Assembly (NCBI GenBank): GCA_021740845.1
Contig: JAIOYZ010000019.1
Span: 8,828 to 72,827, forward strand
DNA: 64,000 nucleotides
Direction: 5' to 3'
Source: Bacteroidia bacterium
GTDB taxonomy: Bacteria > Bacteroidota > Bacteroidia > UKL13-3
The notes under the pieces are model-generated. The model did not search any database. It had not been told where the DNA came from and was given only the letters and a program-made list of their open reading frames with translations. A program made the position numbers and the translations under genes. Below are positions 10,827 through 21,198 of the stretch, piece by piece; the stretch's first letter is position 1; every line of letters begins with the position of its first letter.

Positions 10827-11651
10827 ATGATGACAAATAAAAAGTTAATCCGAACCACCGAAGCAGATTCAAATTATCAAAACTTGGATAGCATGAGCAC
10901 GCGGCACCTGTTAGAAAACATGAATAGTGAAGACCAAAGCGTTCCTTTAGCTGTGAATAAGGCATTGCCAAAAATTGAAAAAGCTGTTGATGCTATTTAC
11001 AAAAAAATGGCAAATGGTGGCCGGCTTTTTTATATGGGAGCTGGCACAAGCGGCAGATTGGGTGTTGTAGACGCAAGCGAATGCCCTCCAACTTATGGAG
11101 TTCCTTTTGGCTTGGTGGTTGGAATAATAGCTGGAGGAGACAAAGCCATTAGAAAAGCAGTAGAATTTGCAGAAGACGATACCGAACAAGGCTGGAAGGA
11201 TTTAGAAAAACACAAAATCACAGACAAGGATTTTGTGGTAGGAATTGCTGCTAGTGGAACAACTCCCTATGTAATTTCGGCATTGGAAAAAGCAAACGAA
11301 AATGGCATTGAAACAGGCTGCATTACCTGTAATAAAAATTCGCCTTTGGCTCAAACCGCTAAATACCCAATTGAAGTTATTGTAGGACCAGAATTTGTGA
11401 CCGGCAGTACGCGTATGAAGGCAGGTACAGCGCAAAAATTGGTTTTGAATATGATTAGCACTTCTGTAATGGTAAAACTAGGAAGAGTAAAAGGAAACAA
11501 AATGGTTGATATGAGGTTAAGTAATAATAAATTGGTGAAAAGAGGGGAAGATATGTTGGTTGCAGAATTGGGGATTACCGAGAAAAAAGCAAAAGAACTT
11601 TTAAGCAAATATGGCAGTGTGAGAAAAGCAGTTAACGCTACCAAAAAATAA
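10827..11651 (+). CDS. murQ: N-acetylmuramic acid 6-phosphate etherase
   Basis: GAGTSGRLGVVDASECPPTYG, GIAASGTTPYV, GPEFVTGSTRMKAGTAQKLVLNMIS; start moved to ATG 10827 (10830 also possible). Confidence 0.95.
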   Translation: MMTNKKLIRTTEADSNYQNLDSMSTRHLLENMNSEDQSVPLAVNKALPKIEKAVDAIYKKMANGGRLFYMGAGTSGRLGVVDASECPPTYGVPFGLVVGIIAGGDKAIRKAVEFAEDDTEQGWKDLEKHKITDKDFVVGIAASGTTPYVISALEKANENGIETGCITCNKNSPLAQTAKYPIEVIVGPEFVTGSTRMKAGTAQKLVLNMISTSVMVKLGRVKGNKMVDMRLSNNKLVKRGEDMLVAELGITEKKAKELLSKYGSVRKAVNATKK

Positions 11652-11652
11652 A

Positions 11653-12105
11653 ATGGAATACCTATTAAAAGTTCTAAGTGTTGTGGTATGGAGTGCCATT
11701 AAATACATTGTTGGTATTGGTATGGCAATTGGATTTGGGTTCAACCAAATTGAAATATTGGTTTATACTGTTGGAGGAGGAATGCTTGGTGTTGTTTTTT
11801 ACTTGTATTTGTGGGCGCTCATTTTAAACATTTATTACCGCTATTACCCCAAGAAAAACAAGCCCATTAAATTTAGTAAGTACAAAAGAAAGTTGGTGAA
11901 ATTTATTCGAAAGTATGAAGTATGGGGTATTGCTCTTATTACGCCAATAATACTTACACCGCCTGTTGGAACCATTTTAGCCGCCACTATTGAACACAAT
12001 AAATGGCGGATAAAACTGATTATGTTAGCTTCTTTTTGTTTTTGGACACTAATTATTCTAGGATTTAAACTGCTTCTCAAAATAGATTTTGAAAAATTGT
12101 TCTGA
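11653..12105 (+). CDS. Hypothetical membrane protein
   Basis: 150-aa ORF with 3-4 hydrophobic segments, directly after murQ. Confidence 0.7.
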   Translation: MEYLLKVLSVVVWSAIKYIVGIGMAIGFGFNQIEILVYTVGGGMLGVVFYLYLWALILNIYYRYYPKKNKPIKFSKYKRKLVKFIRKYEVWGIALITPIILTPPVGTILAATIEHNKWRIKLIMLASFCFWTLIILGFKLLLKIDFEKLF

Positions 12106-12107
12106 CC

Positions 12108-13211
12108 CTAATTCTTCGCATTCATTGCCTTTTTAGAATCTTTATCCAATTTGGTATCATCAGGTTCTTCAAAAGGTTTGTATTGGTTATAATGACGCCA
12201 TTTGTCTATTACTTGTTGGAAATCTTCAGGCAAATCACTGTTGAAGAGAATAGTTTTCTTGCTTGCAGGGTGCACAAAGCCTAGCGATTTGGCGTGTAAA
12301 CCCTGACGAGGCATGAGTGTAAAGCAGTTTTCTACAAACTGTTTGTATCGAGTAAATGAGGTTCCTTTAACTATTTGGGCGCCACCATAAGTGCTATCAG
12401 AAAATATTGGATGACCAATACTTCTTAGGTGAACGCGAATTTGGTGTGTACGACCAGTTTCTAATTTACATTCAATTAAAGACACATAACCCAAACGCTC
12501 AATTACACGGTAATGGGTAACACTCCACTTTCCTTTTTCTGGATCGTCGTAAAGTTGAAATATTTTGCGATCGCGAGCGCTACGGCCAATATAACCAGTG
12601 ATGGTTCCTTGGTCTTCTGCTAAATCGCCCCAAACCAAAGCTTGGTAAGTTCTTTCTATGCTGTGATCAAAAAACTGTTTGGCCAAATGGGTCATTGCAA
12701 TTTCATTTTTAGCAATTACCAATATGCCAGAGGTGTTTTTATCAATGCGGTGAACTAAGCCTGGGCGAATATTTTTCTCCTCCATGAATTCATTTCCTTT
12801 TAAATGCCAAGCCAAAGCATTGACTAAGGTGCCACTAACATTGTTGTAGCCAGGATGAACAACCATTCCCGGATTTTTATTAACCAACAAAACATCATCA
12901 TCTTCGTAAATGATATTTAGAGGAATATCTTCAGGAACAATTTCTGTGTCTTTAGGAGGGGTGGGTAAAACGATGGAAATAACATCCAAAGGTTTTACTT
13001 TATAACTTGATTTAACTGGTTTTTCATTGACCAAAATGGAACCAGCATCAGCAGCAGCCTGAATTTTGGTTCGGCTAGCATTTTCCATTCGGTTCATCAA
13101 GAACTTATCAATGCGCAGCATGCTTTGGCCCTTATCCACCACTAAATGAAAGTGTTCGAACAATTCTTGCTCTTCGCTGGCGTCTATTTCTTCTTCAAAA
13201 TCTTCTTGCAT
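12108..13211 (-). CDS. rluD: RluA-family pseudouridine synthase (RluD-like, N-terminal S4 domain)
   Basis: RIDKFL, NKNPGMVVHPG, RPGLVHRIDKNTSG, LETGRTHQIRVH, LHA..LGF.HP. Confidence 0.9.
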   Translation of the reverse strand: MQEDFEEEIDASEEQELFEHFHLVVDKGQSMLRIDKFLMNRMENASRTKIQAAADAGSILVNEKPVKSSYKVKPLDVISIVLPTPPKDTEIVPEDIPLNIIYEDDDVLLVNKNPGMVVHPGYNNVSGTLVNALAWHLKGNEFMEEKNIRPGLVHRIDKNTSGILVIAKNEIAMTHLAKQFFDHSIERTYQALVWGDLAEDQGTITGYIGRSARDRKIFQLYDDPEKGKWSVTHYRVIERLGYVSLIECKLETGRTHQIRVHLRSIGHPIFSDSTYGGAQIVKGTSFTRYKQFVENCFTLMPRQGLHAKSLGFVHPASKKTILFNSDLPEDFQQVIDKWRHYNQYKPFEEPDDTKLDKDSKKAMNAKN

Positions 13212-13231
13212 AGTTTACAAAGATACTCACT

Positions 13232-13266
13232 AAAAACAAGAATAGGAGCCGAGGCTCCCATTCTTG
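13232..13266 (-). terminator. Probable intrinsic terminator for the 118-aa gene
   Basis: Minus strand CAAGAATGGGAGCC-TC-GGCTCCTATTCTTG followed by TTTTT. Confidence 0.65.
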
Positions 13267-13343
13267 CGTAATCAATCAAATCTTCGCTGCTTTACCACAA
13301 ACAACGAAACTTAAAATATGGCAACAAGCAATAAATTTCTTTA

Positions 13344-13700
13344 TTAATTGTCGTTAACATTTAAGTCGAAACTTAAAAGCGAACCTTCCTCTTTTGGAGT
13401 TTCAGAAGCGGTTTCAATTGCCGTTGGCATAAATACTTCTTTGGGTTCTACTTTTTTAGCAGCGGTAGGTTTAGGTTTAATTAAATCTCCCATTCCAGCT
13501 ACTTCAATTTTGTTTTCTTTGGCGAACATTCCTAAAGCGATGGCTTGTTTTATCCCGCCAACGTTCACTTCTATTTCAAAATCATCGTTTGAAATTGCTC
13601 TTGGGCTTACTGTAAAACCAACTCGTTGATCTAGACAATAGTCTAATAAAACTTGAATATTTTTGCGTTTACTTAATAATACTGGTGTTTCTTCTGCCAT
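13344..13700 (-). CDS. Hypothetical protein
   Basis: 118-aa ATG-started ORF with natural composition and a downstream hairpin. Confidence 0.7.
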   Translation of the reverse strand: MAEETPVLLSKRKNIQVLLDYCLDQRVGFTVSPRAISNDDFEIEVNVGGIKQAIALGMFAKENKIEVAGMGDLIKPKPTAAKKVEPKEVFMPTAIETASETPKEEGSLLSFDLNVNDN

Positions 13701-13896
13701 AAAAAATTCTCCTATTTTGAGGTTGTAAAATTACAAAATCTCATCCATTTTGAAGGTTAAGAATTCACTAAAAAGAGGTAAAGTTTTCCATGGTTTTCAA
13801 CCTCAGGCAGATAAAAGTTAATAAGAGGTGAATAAGTGAGTTTCTGGGAAAAATCCCAAAATGAAATTACAATTCAAGAATCTGATAATGTGTAGA

Positions 13897-16275
13897 TTAT
13901 CTCAGCAAAGTAAAATTCCCAGATTGGGTTTTATTGGAACCATCCCAACCTGTATAGTTCAAAATGTAAAAATAAACATCCTCTTGGGAAGCTTGCCCAT
14001 TTACTTTCCCATCCCAAGGTTCATTTTTGTTATCGGTTTTAAATACAAGTTGCCCCCAACGATTGTAAATATCTATATGAAAGTCTTTTACAAACACAGG
14101 CACCCATTTAAATTCATCGTTTAAGCCATCTCCATTGGCAGTAAATGCATTTGGCGCATAAACAATTGGTGGCTGATAAAGAGAAATGGTATTGGATTGC
14201 GATTCTGCATCAAAGAAAGGAGCAATATTTTGATCAAAGGCTTGCTTGGCGATGACATAATAATAGAACAGACCTTCATTAAAATTTAGCTTGTCATCTA
14301 AATAAGTTCCAGCAGTATCTTGTTTCCCAATTTGAGTAAACGGATTACTTGGGTCGCTTCTAAAAATCTGGTATTCCTTTGTGCCCTCGCGCCATCCAGT
14401 ATAGCTTTGGTATTTAAGGTTACTCATATATTTCAAGGCCTTACCTGTTAATACTATGGAACAAGAGATATAACCAACCGGCCCAATATTATCACAGGTA
14501 TCTTTCATTACTAAATGGTAGCAATAAGAAGTGTCCATCACGTTAACTGCCCGGTCTGTATATTTAATATCGTTTACATTTTCAAAAACACCGATTTGAT
14601 CAAACTTATTTTGTCCATAAATACCTTTATACAAGAAATACTTTGCAAAATCCTTTTCCAAAGAAGCTGGCCATTCCAATTCCAAATGGTCATTATCTAC
14701 CACAGTAACATATTTAAGACATTGCTTTTGAGGAATAAATTCTAATTGTTCGAAAGTAGAAAGTGTATCAGATGTTGGACCCAAATTGCCACATTTATTT
14801 ACCCCTCTCATGAAATAAGTATAATTAATTACATCGTAATCTGGCGTATTTGGATCATGAAAAAGGCGTTGCTTTTTATCATAAATTGTATCAATTACTT
14901 CAAAATTCTGATAATTGATTCCTCTAAAAATTAAATATTTGTCAAATGAGGGGTCATTGGGGTCTGTTGAGTCTCCAAAATATACAAAGGTTTCCTCTTT
15001 ATTTAATAAGGTCATGCAAAGCAAATCAGTTGAATTCACTAAAGGCATTGGAATAAACTTTACCCAGAACTTAGAAGTAGCATTTCTTGGAAGTGGGCAA
15101 CCATTATCCGTTACAAAAACATAAAATGGAACACTTTTGCCAAGCTTTTCTAATTGGCAATCGCTTTGCCAACAAATTGTGGTTTCAACAAACTTATAAC
15201 CTACAGATAGCGTATCATAAATGGGGTGATTTTGAAAAATAGTATCAATTGAATCAGAAGTAATTCTCATATATAAGGAATCACTTGGATCAATTCCTCT
15301 AATTTTAAAACAAGCTTTCTCAGGAATTTGGATTTCAACTGTATCTACTAATAAAATTTGATCATTAATAGTTAAAACGCTAGCTATTGGGGGATTGTTA
15401 GGACAAACCGTTACGGTAAATTGTAATTCCAAACGCGCCTCTCCTATTTTAACTCCAAACCGGTATTCTTCCACACGAATACTCGCCACATAAATTCCAG
15501 GACTACTAGGGTTACAAGAGAGCAAGCCGGTAACAGGATCAATATTCATGGGCACAGTTCCATCTATTGGACCAGCGTTGCTAAAACCATTACGGTAAAC
15601 TACATTGGGATAAGGACCTGCAAATGCGGTAGGACTAAATGGGTTATTCCTATCCAATAATCCATTAATAGGGTCAATCAAGGAGTATTTCAACTCATCT
15701 CCATCATCGTCAACAAAACCTAAATTGTATTGAAACAAATTGTTTACACAAAGTAATGTATTTGGGTTATTGGTATAACGAGGTGTGCTATTTTTTACAG
15801 TTTTTAAATTAGGAACCTCGGTATAAAGCGTCATCGAAGCATCACCAGGGTTTATAATATTATTGATGATTCCATTCCTGCAACACCTTTGCCAACTTAA
15901 ATAATAACCATTATTACTATTGTAAGTATTGGAATTCAAGATAATATTCTGAGAATAGGTTCCAATATGTGTGCAACCAGTAATAATATTAGCACAATTA
16001 GTCCCTGTTAATTTTAAGGTATCATCATTAATTTTAGAGAAGGCTAAATTAAACTGTGCTTTTTTGATGTGCGTTACTTTTTCAAAAATCCCAACCGCTA
16101 TTGTCCCATCAAAATAGGCATTTGGTGATCCATTTTCACAATCACGGATAATGTGAACTGTTAAATTATAACTATCACCTCCCAACCATTTTAACTCAAT
16201 TATGCCTCCCACCAAATGGGTAGCACCTGCCCAAAATGGCAAAAATAACAGCAATATGAGTTTTAATTGTTTCAA
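13897..16275 (-). CDS. T9SS type B sorting-domain protein (gliding motility-associated C-terminal domain) with Ig/Fn3-like repeats
   Basis: Signal peptide then ATHLVGG, WQRCCRN; C-terminus PNAFTANGDGLND.F...IYNRWGQLVF...WDG...G.FTLLR. Confidence 0.9.
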   Translation of the reverse strand: MKQLKLILLLFLPFWAGATHLVGGIIELKWLGGDSYNLTVHIIRDCENGSPNAYFDGTIAVGIFEKVTHIKKAQFNLAFSKINDDTLKLTGTNCANIITGCTHIGTYSQNIILNSNTYNSNNGYYLSWQRCCRNGIINNIINPGDASMTLYTEVPNLKTVKNSTPRYTNNPNTLLCVNNLFQYNLGFVDDDGDELKYSLIDPINGLLDRNNPFSPTAFAGPYPNVVYRNGFSNAGPIDGTVPMNIDPVTGLLSCNPSSPGIYVASIRVEEYRFGVKIGEARLELQFTVTVCPNNPPIASVLTINDQILLVDTVEIQIPEKACFKIRGIDPSDSLYMRITSDSIDTIFQNHPIYDTLSVGYKFVETTICWQSDCQLEKLGKSVPFYVFVTDNGCPLPRNATSKFWVKFIPMPLVNSTDLLCMTLLNKEETFVYFGDSTDPNDPSFDKYLIFRGINYQNFEVIDTIYDKKQRLFHDPNTPDYDVINYTYFMRGVNKCGNLGPTSDTLSTFEQLEFIPQKQCLKYVTVVDNDHLELEWPASLEKDFAKYFLYKGIYGQNKFDQIGVFENVNDIKYTDRAVNVMDTSYCYHLVMKDTCDNIGPVGYISCSIVLTGKALKYMSNLKYQSYTGWREGTKEYQIFRSDPSNPFTQIGKQDTAGTYLDDKLNFNEGLFYYYVIAKQAFDQNIAPFFDAESQSNTISLYQPPIVYAPNAFTANGDGLNDEFKWVPVFVKDFHIDIYNRWGQLVFKTDNKNEPWDGKVNGQASQEDVYFYILNYTGWDGSNKTQSGNFTLLR

Positions 16276-16402
16276 GTATAAATCAATAATACACTTTTAG
16301 GCTTAGTAAATTCAATTACAAGTAACATATTTTACCATTGATTTACAAATACCAAAAGTAAATATTTCAAGATTAAATGTACATAAAAACTAATTTTGGG
16401 GC

Positions 16403-16822
16403 ATGATTCAATTGAACAAAAGTAAATTTGAAACCTTATTGCAAATCCGCCCCGACGATATAGACATGAACCAACATGTGCATAGCAGTAAGTACATGGA
16501 CTATGTTTTAGCTGCTCGTTTCGACCAAATGGAGCGCTGTTATAAAATGCCCATGAGTGAATTTATGGCACATGGATTTGGCTGGGTTATTAGAAATACC
16601 TTTATGGAATTTAAACGCCCTTTAATTTTAGGTGATGCCATTTTGGTTCAAACCTATATTGATGAAATGCAAAAAGACGGAGTAAAAGTGCATTTCGAAA
16701 TTATTAAAACCAAAAACAATAAGGTAGCTTGCTCGGGATATTTTAATTATACCATGATTGATATGAAATCCGGTAGAGCAGCCGAAATTCCTGAGTGGAT
16801 TGCTCTTCGGTATTCTATTTAA
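16403..16822 (+). CDS. Acyl-CoA thioesterase (4HBT hot-dog fold)
   Basis: RPDDIDMNQHVHSSKYMDY...AR motif. Confidence 0.85.
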   Translation: MIQLNKSKFETLLQIRPDDIDMNQHVHSSKYMDYVLAARFDQMERCYKMPMSEFMAHGFGWVIRNTFMEFKRPLILGDAILVQTYIDEMQKDGVKVHFEIIKTKNNKVACSGYFNYTMIDMKSGRAAEIPEWIALRYSI

Positions 16823-16849
16823 TTTTGGTTCGAACCAAACCCATAAAAA

Positions 16850-17320
16850 ATGAACAATAACGATATACTACGCCAATTACGCTATACATTTAACATTAAC
16901 GATACCAAAATGATGGACTTGTTTTTAGCAGGTGGCCTTGAGGCAACTAGAGCTGAAATTAGCGATTGGATGAAAAAAGAGGAAGACCCAGAATTTAAAT
17001 CTTTGGTAGATGTAAATATGGCAGCCTTTTTAAACGGGTTCATCATTGATAAGCGCGGTAAAAAAGATGGTCCGGCACCAGTTTTAGAAAAACGCTTAAA
17101 CAATAATACCATACTTAGAAAACTTAAAATTGCCTTGAACCTAAAGGATGACGATATGTTGGCGATTTTAAAATTAGTAGATTTTAATTTTAGCAAACAC
17201 GAACTCAGCGCATTTTTTAGAAATCCTAGTCAGGAACAATACCGTCTTTGCAAGGACCAAGTTTTAAGGAATTTTCTCCATGGCATGCAATTGAAATACC
17301 GAGGAAAGGGAGATAAATAA
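16850..17320 (+). CDS. DUF1456 (YehS-like) protein
   Basis: MNNNDILRQLRY, FLNGFII.KRG, LNNN.ILRKLKIAL, ELSAFFR...YR.CKDQ.LRNFL.G. Confidence 0.88.
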   Translation: MNNNDILRQLRYTFNINDTKMMDLFLAGGLEATRAEISDWMKKEEDPEFKSLVDVNMAAFLNGFIIDKRGKKDGPAPVLEKRLNNNTILRKLKIALNLKDDDMLAILKLVDFNFSKHELSAFFRNPSQEQYRLCKDQVLRNFLHGMQLKYRGKGDK

Positions 17321-17435
17321 GTTTATTAGTAAATAAAAAAAACATCGGTTTGAACCAAAACAAAGTTGCAGGAAAATACTTTTTGATAAATTGCGTTTGA
17401 ATTACCTGTTGACAGAAACACTTACATTTGCGAGC

Positions 17436-18851
17436 TTGAAAAAAATATTACATTATCTATTTATCCTAATTGGATTGGCATTTATACTGCAAAGCTGCCG
17501 TAAAAACGACACGTTTACTGGAAATCCTGTTCAATTAAATTTTTCAACAGATACTATTTTCTTTGATACTATTTTTTCAAAATTGGGTAATAACCCAAAT
17601 TCTCCACGCAGTATAACTTTACAAGTAAGAGTAAGTAACCCAGATAAAAATGCTGTAAAAACCAATATTTCGTTAGCAGGAAATTTCTATGGTATCTTTA
17701 AAATGAATGTGGATGGAAAAGCTGGAACCACTTTTAAGGATGTAGAAATTAGAGGTCAAGACAGTATTTACATTTTTGTTCAAGCTTATATCGATCAAGT
17801 TGGAAGCAATACACCATTTATTGTAACAGATCAAATTTTGTTTGAAACCAATGGAAACAAACAAGATGTAGATTTGGTAGCTTGGGCACAAGATGCCAAT
17901 TATTTCCAAAATGAAGTTTTGGATTGTGGCACTGGAAATTTATTATGGACTAGCGATAAACCTTATGTTATTTACGATTCTATTTTAGTAAAAAAAGGAT
18001 GTACTCTTACTATAGAAGCGGGAACGCAAATACATAATTATAACCAAAGTTGTATTTTGGTTGAAGGCACCTTGATTGTAAATGGAACAACAGATAAACC
18101 CGTAGTTTTTCAAGGAAGCAGGCTAGATGATGAGTATAAAGAAGTGGCGGGACAATGGATTGGAATTAGGATTTTATCAGGAAGTTCAGGAAATATCATT
18201 ACAGGAGCTATTATAAAAAACGCTTATATAGGAATTGAAGTAGATTCTATGCCAACATTTGGGACTTATGGTTTGGTTTTAAAGCAGAGTATTATAAAGA
18301 ATATGAGTGCATGTGGTTTATTAAATTATACAGGTAAAATTTATGCTGAGAATAATTTAATAGCCAATACAGGCTTATATACTTTTATTGGTGAGTTAGG
18401 CGGAACCTATACTTTGATTCACAATACCTTTTCGGCACAGAGCCAAGTTTCTGGAAGAAAAGACCCAAGTTTTTATTTGAGTAATGCACCAGGTAGAGAC
18501 AATTCTGGAAATGTAGTTTATAAATTTCCATTGATTTTTGAAGTAAGAAATAATATTATTTATGGAACTTTAGATGATGAATTATTGATAAACCAAGATC
18601 CTGATGGAATTCCAATTTCTTCTCCCATTTTAACCAATTGCTTAATTAAAACGAAGGATTTAACCTTAGCTACTAATGGTAATATTTTAAATAAGGACCC
18701 CAAATTTAAAAGCGTTTCTCAAGGGGATTTTGATTTAGAAAACAATTCACCTTGCGCCAATACAGGCGTTCAAGTTAATATTCTATTGGATTTAAAAAGT
18801 AGGAACAGAAACACAAATGCGCCAAGTATTGGAGCCTATGAAGTTCAATAG
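17436..18851 (+). CDS. Lipoprotein with right-handed beta-helix region
   Basis: TTG 17436 follows TACATTTG (17423-17430); lipobox ILQSC; FSTDTIFFDT, LTIEAGT, G.L.V.GT, GQW.GI, IGAYE. Confidence 0.75.
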   Translation: MKKILHYLFILIGLAFILQSCRKNDTFTGNPVQLNFSTDTIFFDTIFSKLGNNPNSPRSITLQVRVSNPDKNAVKTNISLAGNFYGIFKMNVDGKAGTTFKDVEIRGQDSIYIFVQAYIDQVGSNTPFIVTDQILFETNGNKQDVDLVAWAQDANYFQNEVLDCGTGNLLWTSDKPYVIYDSILVKKGCTLTIEAGTQIHNYNQSCILVEGTLIVNGTTDKPVVFQGSRLDDEYKEVAGQWIGIRILSGSSGNIITGAIIKNAYIGIEVDSMPTFGTYGLVLKQSIIKNMSACGLLNYTGKIYAENNLIANTGLYTFIGELGGTYTLIHNTFSAQSQVSGRKDPSFYLSNAPGRDNSGNVVYKFPLIFEVRNNIIYGTLDDELLINQDPDGIPISSPILTNCLIKTKDLTLATNGNILNKDPKFKSVSQGDFDLENNSPCANTGVQVNILLDLKSRNRNTNAPSIGAYEVQ

Positions 18852-18923
18852 TTTAGCTATTTATTTTTAGTCAATTCAAAAAATCTTCTTGCACAATCTT
18901 CTAGTATAATTAGATTTGCCATG

Positions 18924-19124
18924 CTTTAGGTTGAAGTGTGTGAAAGAGAAATTTTTTACCATTTCATTAAAAGGGAACCAAGTGTAAATCTTGGACAGTA
19001 CCCGCTGCTGTAAGCACCGAATGGTTGTTACCATTCATTTCTTATCTCCTACAACGTCACTTTCTACTTAAATGTAGATGGGAAGACAAAGATAAGAAGG
19101 TGTAAGTCAGAAGACCTGCCAAAG
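18924..19124 (+). promoter_or_regulatory. Cobalamin (B12) riboswitch
   Basis: AAAAGGGAA-CCAAG-TGTAAAT-CTTGG, CCCGCTGCTGTAA, GGGAAG and B12 box AAGTCAGAAGACCTGCC; preceded by TAGATTTG (18911-18918); upstream of a TonB receptor. Confidence 0.93.
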
Positions 19125-19172
19125 TAATTAATCAACATGGCTTTCGGGAAGAAGAGCTAGGAGAACCAAGTC

Positions 19173-21197
19173 TTGCACATTGCATTATTTGCACCTCTAT
19201 TCTTTTGCCCGTGCCTCAAATTTTATGAATTGAGACAGTTAGTTTTGGGTATGTTTTTTCTTGTTTTGGGCAATAGTATATTGCTTAAAGACTCGCATGC
19301 GCAAACTAAATCAGCAATTAAAATTGGATCAAACCAAATTGACAGCAGCAAAACATTAGCGCCTTTACAAATAAATGGAATAAGGTATCCGCATTTTTTT
19401 ACGGGCTCCAAATTTTCACTGCTTGATAGCAATTCTATGGCCTTGTACCAGCAACAAAACCTATCAGATTTATTGATGAACCAAAGCATGATTTTTATTA
19501 AATCGTATGGAGGAGGAATGTTGGCGAGCCCTGGTTTTAGAGGAGGAAATGCCAACCACACTGCAGTATTGTGGAATGGTTTCAATTTACAAAGTCCTAT
19601 GAATGGCCAAGTAGATTTGGCAACTATTCCCAGTTTTCTAATTGAAGGTGTGGCTATTCAATATGGTAGTCCTGCAGCCTTATTTGGCACAGGAAATATT
19701 GGAGGAGCAGTGCATTTGTTATCGGATGAAACAAAAGAAAAAGGTTTTGTTACCAAGTTATTATTGGGCACAGGAAGCAATGCTGCGTATACAGGAGGGG
19801 CAAAAATTTTCTTGACCCAAAAGAAATTTAGGATGCAACAAAAAGTTTACTGGCAACAAGCAGAAAACAACTATGCCTACAAAGCATTTGACCAATTGCA
19901 ACCTCAGGCAGGAAATACTGTTTCGGCCAAAGATTTGCAAAAGCTTAAAATGCAAAACGCTGCGCTATCAACCGTAGCTTGGGTTCAAGGCTATCAATAT
20001 GTATTCGGTTTGAACCAAAATATTGGGTTAAATACATGGGTTCAGAAAAATGAAAGAGAATTGCCAGTACCGCTACATGGAAGCAATACGCATGCAAAAC
20101 AAAGCGATGTAACAAATAAAATTTTGATGGACTATCACTTAAAAAAATCTATTTATGAAATGCAGGCCAGATATGGTTATTTCTATGATATGGTGGAATA
20201 CCAAGATGATAATTCTGAAATTAGTAAAAGTGTTTCTCATAAACATACAGCCTATTTAGATAATTTTATTTACCAAGGAAATCATCATTTGCAAATGAGT
20301 GGAATGATGCAAGCAACACAAGCCAATTTAAATACTGTTGCCAATACCTGGAACCAGAAATTAATTGCTGTTTACGCTACCTATAAACGTTCACATTTCG
20401 AGAAATTATTTCAGCACCAAATATCTTTACGACAAGAGTGGGTGAATGGAAAACCTATTCCTTTAATGCCATCTTATGGATTCAATATCCATATTCATAA
20501 AAGCACAAGTGTTTATGGAAATGTTGCTAGAAGTTATAGGTTACCAACTTTTAATGATTTGTACTGGCCAGAAATGGGCAATCCTAATTTGGAAGCTGAA
20601 CATGGATGGAATGAAGAAATAACGCTCGCCAACTATATTTCTGTAAAAGGCGTTTTGGTTCAAACCGCCCTTACTGTTTTTAACAAAACCATACAAGATT
20701 GGATTTTATGGGTGCCAAAAGGCGGCAATTTAAGTACACCCATGAATGTTTACCAAGTTTGGAGCAGAGGTGTGGAATTGGACTGGAAAATGCAGAAAAC
20801 AAATGGCAACTTATTGCTAAAATTTGGAGGCCTACATGATTATACTTTAGCAAGTCCAGAGGCTAGCCATTTGGTGCAAGATGAATCTATTGGAAAGCAA
20901 TTAATATATACTCCAAAAATAAAGAACCAATTGCAAGTAACTGGCATTTATAAGAAAACTAGTTTGGCCTATTTCTTTCATTATATAGGAACTCGATATG
21001 TTAGCTCCGACCATAGTAATTGGCTGGATCCATATACGTTTAGCACCTTATCTGTTTCGCATGCATTTGCAGTTAAGAAAAAACAAGGTACAGTTCAATT
21101 TTTACTCAATAATTTATTTAACCAAACGTATCAAATTATGGTGAATAGACCTATGCCTTTAATTCAATATCAAATCAATTTAAACTTAACTATCTAA
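19173..21197 (+). CDS. btuB: TonB-dependent receptor, probable vitamin B12 transporter (exact start uncertain)
   Basis: Plug motif IKSYG.G.LA...RGG...HTAVLWNG, YRLPTFNDLYW..GNPNL.AE, NNLFNQ.Y; downstream of a cobalamin riboswitch. Confidence 0.85.
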   Translation: MHIALFAPLFFCPCLKFYELRQLVLGMFFLVLGNSILLKDSHAQTKSAIKIGSNQIDSSKTLAPLQINGIRYPHFFTGSKFSLLDSNSMALYQQQNLSDLLMNQSMIFIKSYGGGMLASPGFRGGNANHTAVLWNGFNLQSPMNGQVDLATIPSFLIEGVAIQYGSPAALFGTGNIGGAVHLLSDETKEKGFVTKLLLGTGSNAAYTGGAKIFLTQKKFRMQQKVYWQQAENNYAYKAFDQLQPQAGNTVSAKDLQKLKMQNAALSTVAWVQGYQYVFGLNQNIGLNTWVQKNERELPVPLHGSNTHAKQSDVTNKILMDYHLKKSIYEMQARYGYFYDMVEYQDDNSEISKSVSHKHTAYLDNFIYQGNHHLQMSGMMQATQANLNTVANTWNQKLIAVYATYKRSHFEKLFQHQISLRQEWVNGKPIPLMPSYGFNIHIHKSTSVYGNVARSYRLPTFNDLYWPEMGNPNLEAEHGWNEEITLANYISVKGVLVQTALTVFNKTIQDWILWVPKGGNLSTPMNVYQVWSRGVELDWKMQKTNGNLLLKFGGLHDYTLASPEASHLVQDESIGKQLIYTPKIKNQLQVTGIYKKTSLAYFFHYIGTRYVSSDHSNWLDPYTFSTLSVSHAFAVKKKQGTVQFLLNNLFNQTYQIMVNRPMPLIQYQINLNLTI

Positions 21198-21198
21198 T

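Noticed and set aside
16823-16840. tRNA gene or tRNA-derived att site (GGTTCGAACC resembles a T-arm)
   Set aside because: No cloverleaf or acceptor stem around it; it is a symmetric variant of the dispersed repeat.
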